Shown here: piece after piece, positions 25,821 to 32,000 of the stretch | Layout of the letters: every line of letters begins with the position of its first letter | Position numbering within the stretch: the stretch's first letter is position 1 | Notes under the pieces: model-generated | What the model saw: the letters and a program-made list of their open reading frames with translations, nothing else | What the model was told of the DNA's origin: nothing | Databases searched by the model: none | Source of the DNA: Tannockella kyphosi | Lineage (GTDB): Bacteria; Bacillota_I; Bacilli_A; Erysipelotrichales; Coprobacillaceae | NCBI RefSeq assembly: GCF_021054785.1 | Contig: NZ_CP088239.1 | Location: 360,001 to 392,000 of the forward strand | Direction: 5' to 3' | DNA length: 32,000 nt | Made by a program: the position numbers and the translations under genes

Positions 25821-26500
25821 AATTAAAGGAATATCCAGTATCTGAATTACCTCGTGAAAAAGCATTAGAGCAAGGGATTCAAAGTTTAAGTAATGTAGAA
25901 TTACTATCTTTATTACTTAGGACTGGATCTAAGGAAGAATCAGTTTTAGAATTAAGTCAAAGAGTGATAAATCAAGCTGGTGGTTTAAGTGAACTACCTT
26001 CTATCAGTTATCATTCTCTAATCCAAATAAAAGGTATTAAAAAAGCAAAAGCGATTACTCTACTAGCAAGTGTCGAACTAGCAAAGAGATTATTAAAATC
26101 AAGTGAACCAAAAGTAACATTAAATCATCCAACTAAAATATATCAGTATATAATTAATGAATTACTATTTGAAAAACAAGAAAAAGTATATTTATTATGT
26201 TTAAATGTTCGTCTAGAAGTAATTCAATCTAAATTATTATTTATAGGAAGCAATGATGTATCTATTATGGCTACCAATGAAATATTTCAAAATATATTAC
26301 TATGTGGTGCAAAAAGATTTGTATTAGTACATAATCATCCTTCTGGCAATCCCTATCCTTCAAAAGAAGATATAATAACTACTAAAAAAATAAAAGAAAT
26401 GGCAAAGAGTTTAGAAATTACATTAGTAGATCATATTATTATAGGTGATAATAAATTTTATAGTTTTGAAGCAAACCAAGTATTCATGAATGAAGATTGA
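25817..26500 (+). CDS. radC: RadC-family JAB/MPN domain protein
   Basis: ELLSLLLRTG HhH region and the JAMM motif HNHPSGNPYPSKED. Confidence 0.9.
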   Translation: MKLKEYPVSELPREKALEQGIQSLSNVELLSLLLRTGSKEESVLELSQRVINQAGGLSELPSISYHSLIQIKGIKKAKAITLLASVELAKRLLKSSEPKVTLNHPTKIYQYIINELLFEKQEKVYLLCLNVRLEVIQSKLLFIGSNDVSIMATNEIFQNILLCGAKRFVLVHNHPSGNPYPSKEDIITTKKIKEMAKSLEITLVDHIIIGDNKFYSFEANQVFMNED

Positions 26501-26549
26501 TTTTTGTTTGTGAAAGCCTTATAATAAGTTCTATATGTGAGGTGGTAGA

Positions 26550-27401
26550 ATGAATGAAAAAAAAGACAAACAAAGAAAACGTATATTAATATTTGTAGTA
26601 ACTGTATTATTAATATCTATCGTTTCTTTAATGTTAGGGAATACAAGTTTTGGTATAGAGAGAATGGTTCGTGATTCTATCACTCAAGTTGAGTATTATT
26701 TAGTGAAAAGACCGATTGAAATAGTGGAAAGTTTATTTGAAGAATTTTATGAATTAAAAGATGTATATGATGAAAATGAAAGTTTGAAAAGTCGTTTGGA
26801 TGAATATGAAAGTATTTTAGCTAGAAATGAGCTATTAGAAAGTGAAATTTCAGAGTTACAAGAACTAATGAATATGGACTATTTACCGATAGATTATACA
26901 ATAGAATATGCTGCTGTACAGTATCGTTCGATTACATCATGGGATAGCAATATTGTTATTGGTTTAGGTAGTGATGCGGGGATTATGGAAAATATGGCTG
27001 TAGTTTCTAGTGAAGGGATGATTGGTATTATTAGTGAGGTTAGTGAACTTTCAGCGACTGTTTCACTATTGTCTACAGAGAATCCAATTAACCAAATCCC
27101 AGTACAAATAAATAATGGTGATGAAGTAATCTATGGATTGTTAGATAAATATAATAGTGAAGAAAATGTATATGAAGTTATTTTACTTTCATCTATTACT
27201 GTTCTTGAGAGTGGTTCAAAAGTATATACATCTGGTTTGGGTGGAGATGGTCAAACTCCATCAGGTATTTATATAGGAGATGCGATTGAATTAGAACTTA
27301 ATTCAGATGGATCGACTGCTTGTTTATTAGTAGAACCAGCGGTTAGTTTTGATGATATAAGATATGTAGGTATCATTAATAGGGTGACGGGTGATGAGTA
27401 A
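26550..27401 (+). CDS. mreC: Rod shape-determining protein MreC
   Basis: N-terminal TM, a coiled coil (ENESLKSRLDEYE...) and the C-terminal signature SGLGGDGQTPSGIYIG. Confidence 0.85.
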   Translation: MNEKKDKQRKRILIFVVTVLLISIVSLMLGNTSFGIERMVRDSITQVEYYLVKRPIEIVESLFEEFYELKDVYDENESLKSRLDEYESILARNELLESEISELQELMNMDYLPIDYTIEYAAVQYRSITSWDSNIVIGLGSDAGIMENMAVVSSEGMIGIISEVSELSATVSLLSTENPINQIPVQINNGDEVIYGLLDKYNSEENVYEVILLSSITVLESGSKVYTSGLGGDGQTPSGIYIGDAIELELNSDGSTACLLVEPAVSFDDIRYVGIINRVTGDE

Positions 27402-27912
27402 AACATGGGTTCGTTATTTCTTAATAACTGCAGGATGTTTTGTAATAGATAGTACGATTACTTTCTTTATGCCATTTGATTTTACTAAAAACAGCTATAT
27501 GGTTGTACCATATGTTGGTACAATGGTTTTTTGTTTTTTAGTGAATCATGTAGAAAAAGAACAAAGATATTTACTTAGTGTACTTGTTGGTTTGTATTTT
27601 ACAATTGTTTATGGAAATTCTTTAGCAATCTTCCCACTTTTATATGTTGGTTTAGCTTGGGGTGTTAATAAATACACCAAAGGAATGCATTTTCAATTAT
27701 TTGAATATATTTATATTGTGTTTTCGACAATCCTCGCTTTTGAGACTGTGTTATATTTGTTGATGTGGTTTACAGGTATGACACAATTAACAGTAGTCTT
27801 GTTTTTACAATTACGCTTTATTCCTACTGTTCTCTTTAATCTCTTGATTTCAATTGTGTTATTTATAATCTATAACAAAGTTGAATGGAGAGTGATTAAA
27901 AATGTGTATTAA
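27391..27912 (+). CDS. mreD: Rod shape-determining protein MreD
   Basis: 173-aa polytopic membrane protein overlapping the mreC stop, in the conserved mreC-mreD-minC order. Confidence 0.7.
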   Translation: MMSKTWVRYFLITAGCFVIDSTITFFMPFDFTKNSYMVVPYVGTMVFCFLVNHVEKEQRYLLSVLVGLYFTIVYGNSLAIFPLLYVGLAWGVNKYTKGMHFQLFEYIYIVFSTILAFETVLYLLMWFTGMTQLTVVLFLQLRFIPTVLFNLLISIVLFIIYNKVEWRVIKNVY

Positions 27913-28498
27913 AATGAAAGCTAAAAATAATGAATATACTTTTATCATGGAGGAAAATATATCATTTTCCTCCCTTTTAAATAAATTTGAAAGTCTTTTG
28001 GATCAATCAATATTTCAAGATATTGTTATTTATCCGCAGGCTTTTTTTGATTTTCAAAATCGGGTGGTAAATAATGAAGAAATAGAAAAATTGGTTCAAT
28101 TATTGTTAGAGAAGCAAGTTTTATTGTTTGGTGGAATCGTAGGGTGTGACAAATCAAAACGAACTGTTCAAGTAAAAGAAGTGGATATACATGGTGGTCA
28201 GAGTGAAGTTTTTTATCAAGAAACTTTGTTGATAGGGAATGTGAAACCAGGAGCTATGATTGAATGTTGTCAGGATATTTATATTTTAGGGGATATGTCA
28301 GGAACTATTGTTAGTCATAATGAAAATATAAAAGTATATTGTCAGAGTATTAAAAATGGAAATATCCATATTAATAACAGTTGTCTACAAAATATTACAT
28401 CTTTTGAAGCTACAAAAGTATATTATCAAGATAATGAAATAAAATGGTGTAAGGGGGATATTAGTTATGTCAAGAATTGTGGTAGTAACTTCGGGTAA
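27902..28498 (+). CDS. minC: Septum site-determining protein MinC
   Basis: C-terminal beta-helix repeats (GNVKPGAMIECCQDIYILGDMSGTIVSHNENIKVYC). Located immediately upstream of minD. Confidence 0.75.
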   Translation: MCIKMKAKNNEYTFIMEENISFSSLLNKFESLLDQSIFQDIVIYPQAFFDFQNRVVNNEEIEKLVQLLLEKQVLLFGGIVGCDKSKRTVQVKEVDIHGGQSEVFYQETLLIGNVKPGAMIECCQDIYILGDMSGTIVSHNENIKVYCQSIKNGNIHINNSCLQNITSFEATKVYYQDNEIKWCKGDISYVKNCGSNFG

Positions 28499-29246
28499 GG
28501 GTGGAGTTGGTAAGAGTAGTGTCAGTGTGAATCTTGCCAGTGCACTAGCTTCTTTGAAAATGAAGGTTTGTTTGGTGGATGCAGATTTTGGATTAAAGAA
28601 TTTAGATGTTATGATGGGTTTGGAGAATAGAATTGTCTATGATTTGAATGATGCTATTGCGGGGCGATGTTCGATAGAACAGCTTTTAGTAAAAGATAAG
28701 AGATTTCCTCATTTATCTTTGTTACCAGCTTGTAAGTCGCTTTCTTTTGAAAATGTTTCATTAGAACATATGAAAAGATTAGTTGAAAATATTCAAGATG
28801 ATTATGATTTTATGATAGTGGATAGTCCTGCGGGAATAGAAAAAGGTTTTGATTATGCTTCAGGTATTGCAAGTAGTGCGATAGTGGTGGTGAACTTAGA
28901 TATTGCATCATTGCGAGATAGTGATCGTGTTATTGGCTTGTTAATGAAAAAAGGAATTCATGATATTCAAATAGTTTTTAATAAGGTGAATCCGGAAGAT
29001 ATTATAAATAAAAAGGCTGTTACGATGGAAGAAGCAATCGAGATATTATCGTTACCAGTACTAGGAATTATATATGATGATCATGATATGATAGAAGCGA
29101 ATAATAAAGGTGTTCCTATTTTTGTAAAAGAAGGACATTTATTGCATGCTTGTTTTTTAAATGTTGCAAAAAGGATGTTAGGACAAGATGTACCTTATAT
29201 GAAAAAAACAAAAAAGCATTTATTACGTCGAATCTTTGCATCTTAA
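28467..29246 (+). CDS. minD: Septum site-determining ATPase MinD
   Basis: Deviant Walker A SGKGGVGKSS, DADFGLKNLD, and a C-terminal amphipathic helix KKHLLRRIF. Confidence 0.95.
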   Translation: MSRIVVVTSGKGGVGKSSVSVNLASALASLKMKVCLVDADFGLKNLDVMMGLENRIVYDLNDAIAGRCSIEQLLVKDKRFPHLSLLPACKSLSFENVSLEHMKRLVENIQDDYDFMIVDSPAGIEKGFDYASGIASSAIVVVNLDIASLRDSDRVIGLLMKKGIHDIQIVFNKVNPEDIINKKAVTMEEAIEILSLPVLGIIYDDHDMIEANNKGVPIFVKEGHLLHACFLNVAKRMLGQDVPYMKKTKKHLLRRIFAS

Positions 29247-29282
29247 AATTAGCCTATTTTAGTTTATAGAACATATATTAGA

Positions 29283-29870
29283 ATGGGTGATAAAATGAAT
29301 GATATAGATGAAGTGAAAAATAGAATTCGCAAACGTAAGTATCAACCAAAAGGGAAAATGTTAGATGATTACAAATTTAAAACCCTTTATAATACGATGA
29401 TACGTTTTATGGTTGTGTTAACAGTAGGGTTATTTATTGCGACTTGTAATAAAACAGAAACCCTTTCAAAAGTGATGGATAATGTATTAAATACGCAAAG
29501 CTATGAAATAGCCAAAGTTTGGATTAGTACTAACTTGTTTGGCTTTGATGAAAGTAGTGAAGTAGGACAATCGATGCAATATGTTAGTTTGGGAGAAAAT
29601 GAGTATACAAATTATACAAATGAGGTTAAAAGTATAAAATCAGGTAGAGTGATTTATACAGGATATCAAGAAATGATGGGGTATTATGCTACGGTTTTAT
29701 TAGACAATGATGTGGAAGTAACTTATAGTGCAATGGATAATATTCAAGTAGAACTTTATGATATAGTAGAAACAGATCAAACTATTGGAACTTATCAAGA
29801 AAGTATTGTTTTATTATTTGAATATTTAGGAGAAGAAATTAGTTATGAGACTTATCAAGGGATGGAGTGA
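29283..29870 (+). CDS. SpoIVFA-like protein (degenerate M23/LytM domain)
   Basis: Basic N-terminus, one TM, and a LytM-like C-terminus (GRVIYTGYQEMMGYYATVLLDNDVEVTYSAMDNIQVELYDIVETDQTIG) lacking obvious metal ligands. Located upstream of a spoIVFB homolog, as in B. subtilis. Confidence 0.5.
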   Translation: MGDKMNDIDEVKNRIRKRKYQPKGKMLDDYKFKTLYNTMIRFMVVLTVGLFIATCNKTETLSKVMDNVLNTQSYEIAKVWISTNLFGFDESSEVGQSMQYVSLGENEYTNYTNEVKSIKSGRVIYTGYQEMMGYYATVLLDNDVEVTYSAMDNIQVELYDIVETDQTIGTYQESIVLLFEYLGEEISYETYQGME

Positions 29871-30576
29871 TTGGCATGTTCATCCGATTACGTACTTGTA
29901 TTTATTAGCAGCTTGGTGGGTAGGCTGTTTTCGAACCTATTTTCTTTTGTTGTTCATTGTTTCTTTTCATGAATTAGGACATTATTTAGTTGCAAAGTAT
30001 TATTGTTTTGAAATAAAACAAGTTTTATTGTTACCATTTGGAGCATTTATACAATTAGATGATTTTGGTTTTCATCGCATAGAAGAAGAATTGTTAGTCG
30101 TATTGGGTGGTTTATGTATGCATGCTTTTCTATTTCTTGTTCCAAATAATGAATTTCAGTATTTACAACAAACAGTATTATTTTTTAATATATTACCAAT
30201 TTATCCATTAGATGGATCAAAAATATTATTATTACTATTTTCTTATGTAATGGACTTTCAAAAGGCTATATTACTACAAATATATATATCCTTATTTTGT
30301 TTAAGTGTGTTTATTGTTTGGTATTATGAGACATCTTATTTTATTATTTATATATACTTGATTTATCACATTTCTAAGTATTATCTTACTTATCCGCTTT
30401 ATATAAAAAAACTAATTTTACAAAGAATAAATATATTACCTTTTCTAAAAGAAAGGGTTGTCTTAGACACTAATTTTTATCGTGCCTACCATAATGTATA
30501 TCATAATAAAAATCATTTAATTAGTGAAATAAATTATACTTCCGTGTTGTTAAATAGACATTCGAAGCAAAAATAG
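29845..30576 (+). CDS. spoIVFB: Site-2 (M50) intramembrane metalloprotease, SpoIVFB-like
   Basis: HELGHYLV (HExxH) in a TM segment. NILPIYPLDGSKI (NxxPxxxLDG). N-terminal HVHP as in SpoIVFB. Synteny supports the call. Confidence 0.75.
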   Translation: MRLIKGWSDWHVHPITYLYLLAAWWVGCFRTYFLLLFIVSFHELGHYLVAKYYCFEIKQVLLLPFGAFIQLDDFGFHRIEEELLVVLGGLCMHAFLFLVPNNEFQYLQQTVLFFNILPIYPLDGSKILLLLFSYVMDFQKAILLQIYISLFCLSVFIVWYYETSYFIIYIYLIYHISKYYLTYPLYIKKLILQRINILPFLKERVVLDTNFYRAYHNVYHNKNHLISEINYTSVLLNRHSKQK

Positions 30577-30603
30577 ACCGCTTAATAATAAATTAAAAAG
30601 TTA

Positions 30604-30632
30604 TTGACATTCACTATTATTAATGATAACAT
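30604..30632 (+). promoter_or_regulatory. Promoter of the rplU-prp-rpmA operon
   Basis: TTGACA (30604-30609), 17-nt spacer, extended -10 TGaTAACAT. Confidence 0.6.
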
Positions 30633-30634
30633 AG

Positions 30635-30725
30635 CTATGTTGTAGACCTCTAGACTACAACCGCACATAAAAGGTATTAAAGCAATGCTGCCTTGGTTGG
30701 CGAGTCTTAGAATATTATAGGAGGT
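30635..30725 (+). promoter_or_regulatory. Ribosomal protein L21 leader-like structured 5' UTR
   Basis: GTTGTAGAC-ctc-tAGACTACAAC hairpin plus downstream pairing (GCTGCC...GGCGAGTC) ahead of the RBS AGGAGGTG. Its position matches the Firmicutes L21 leader. Confidence 0.5.
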
Positions 30726-30730
30726 GCGAT

Positions 30731-31039
30731 ATGTACGCAATTATCGAAACAGGTGGAAAACAATTAAAAGTAGAAGCTGGAGACGCTATCTTTGTAGAAA
30801 AGTTAGAAGTTGAAGCAGGAGAAAAAGTAATTTTTGATAAAGTTTTATTAGTTGGAGATACAACTACTAAAATTGGTGCTCCTTATGTTGCAGGTGCAAC
30901 AGTAGAAGCTACTGTTGAAAAACAAGGTAAAGAGAAAAAAGTTACTATCTACAAATATAATGCAAAAAAACATTATCATAAAAAACAAGGTCATAGACAA
31001 CCTTACACTAAATTAGTTATCGACGCTATTAACGGGTAA
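30731..31039 (+). CDS. rplU: 50S ribosomal protein L21
   Basis: [18 protein letters not shown]... canonical L21. Confidence 0.97.
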   Translation: MYAIIETGGKQLKVEAGDAIFVEKLEVEAGEKVIFDKVLLVGDTTTKIGAPYVAGATVEATVEKQGKEKKVTIYKYNAKKHYHKKQGHRQPYTKLVIDAING

Positions 31040-31049
31040 TTAATTTATT

Positions 31050-31367
31050 ATGATTGATGTAATCATCAAAAAAACAAATAAGAACATTTCTGAAATCACG
31101 ATTAGTGGTCATGCAAATAGTAGTGAATACGGTACAGATTTAATTTGTGCAGGTGTTTCTGCAATTAGTGTGGGGATACTAAATAGCTTAGTGGCAAATG
31201 ATTTTTTAAATCAAGGTATTTTAGAAATGAAAGAAGGATATATATCTATTGTTGTAAATAGTGTTGATCAAACTTGTCAAGTGATACTAGAGACTCTTGA
31301 AATTAGTTTAGATACAATACTTGAAGGCAATCAGAAATTTATTTCAATAAATAAAATGGAGGTGTAA
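31050..31367 (+). CDS. prp: Ribosomal-processing cysteine protease Prp (YsxB family)
   Basis: Located between rplU and rpmA. GHA...DLICAGVSA motif with the catalytic His/Cys. Confidence 0.85.
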   Translation: MIDVIIKKTNKNISEITISGHANSSEYGTDLICAGVSAISVGILNSLVANDFLNQGILEMKEGYISIVVNSVDQTCQVILETLEISLDTILEGNQKFISINKMEV

Positions 31368-31370
31368 CAT

Positions 31371-31658
31371 ATGATGTTCAAATTAGACTTACAATTATTC
31401 GCTTCTAAAAAAGGTGTAGGATCTACTAAAAATGGTCGTGATTCTCACTCTAAAAGATTAGGAGCTAAATTAGCAGATGGGCAATTCTGTCTTGCAGGTT
31501 CTATTATTTATAGACAAAGAGGAACTAAAATTCATCCGGGTACAAATGTACAAAAAGGTGGAGATGATACTTTATTCGCTACAGTTGATGGGATTGTAAA
31601 ATTCGAAAGATTAGGTAGAGATCGTAAAAAAGTTTCAGTTTATCCAAAAGCTGCATAA
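31371..31658 (+). CDS. rpmA: 50S ribosomal protein L27 (with a cleavable N-terminal extension)
   Basis: [11 protein letters not shown]|[14 protein letters not shown]... The Firmicutes-type propeptide ends in LQLFA, followed by the canonical L27 core. Confidence 0.97.
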   Translation: MMFKLDLQLFASKKGVGSTKNGRDSHSKRLGAKLADGQFCLAGSIIYRQRGTKIHPGTNVQKGGDDTLFATVDGIVKFERLGRDRKKVSVYPKAA

Positions 31659-31660
31659 TG

Positions 31661-31686
31661 AAAATCCCTCTTTAGGGATTTTTTTA
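31661..31686 (+). terminator. rpmA terminator
   Basis: AAAATCCCT-cttt-AGGGATTTTTTT. Confidence 0.75.
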
Positions 31687-31710
31687 TTCGAATAGAAACG
31701 AGGTGAAATA

Positions 31711-32000
31711 ATGAAATTTATAGATAAAGCAAAAATCTACGTAGAAGCTGGTAAAGGTGGAGATGGTGTTGTTGCTTTCCGTCGTGAAGCTCACGTACCT
31801 AAAGGAGGACCTGCAGGTGGTGATGGTGGTCGTGGAGGAAGTGTTATTTTTGAAGCAACGAATTCTTTAACTACTTTATTAGATTTACGTTATAATCGTG
31901 AATACCGTGCTGCTTCAGGGCAAAATGGTATGCCAAAAAGATGTCACGGAAGTGATGCTCAAGATCGTATTATTAAAGTACCTGTTGGTACAATTATTAA
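31711..32000 (+). CDS. obg: GTPase Obg (5' part, runs off the window)
   Basis: MKFIDKAKIYVEAGKGGDGVVAFRREAHVPKGGPAGGDGGRGGSVIFEA is the canonical Obg fold N-terminus. RBS GAGGTG. Confidence 0.95.
   Translation, partial: MKFIDKAKIYVEAGKGGDGVVAFRREAHVPKGGPAGGDGGRGGSVIFEATNSLTTLLDLRYNREYRAASGQNGMPKRCHGSDAQDRIIKVPVGTII

Noticed and set aside
28467-29282. Absence of minE after minD as an anomaly
   Set aside because: Firmicutes with the minCD-spoIVFA/FB arrangement typically use DivIVA/MinJ instead of MinE. This is the expected state.

Overview
This is a low-GC Firmicutes (Bacillota) chromosomal window. Every gene is on the + strand except an agrB/agrD pair. I saw no rRNA, tRNA, CRISPR array or transposase.

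Accessory genes (1-15.5 kb):
- An agr-like quorum-sensing locus: a LytTR response regulator, a 41-aa AgrD-like propeptide absent from the ORF track, AgrB, and an AgrC-type kinase.
- An MFS transporter, then a LysR regulator translationally coupled to an acidic protein of unknown function.
- A five-gene sortase-dependent pilus operon with three pilins (sorting signals LPNTG, LPSTG, IPQTG) and two sortases.
- Two tandem c-di-GMP-I (GEMM-I) riboswitches precede that operon, each with its own terminator.
- A membrane sensor protein follows it. It has two extracytoplasmic solute-binding-like domains, a degenerate GGDEF (YGDQF) and an intact EAL phosphodiesterase domain.

Core genes (15.6-32 kb): this block is colinear with the B. 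subtilis tig-to-obg region. The order is tig, lon, engB, spoVID-like, ysxE-like, a T-box leader, an unknown membrane protein, valS, an unlisted 52-aa double-glycine-leader peptide, a SPOR protein, radC, mreC, mreD, minC, minD, spoIVFA-like, spoIVFB, an L21 leader, rplU, prp, rpmA and partial obg.

The most interesting items are the riboswitch-pilus-phosphodiesterase module and the AgrD-like peptide, which carries Thr where the ring-forming Cys normally sits. All calls rest on motif reading by eye. No searches were run.
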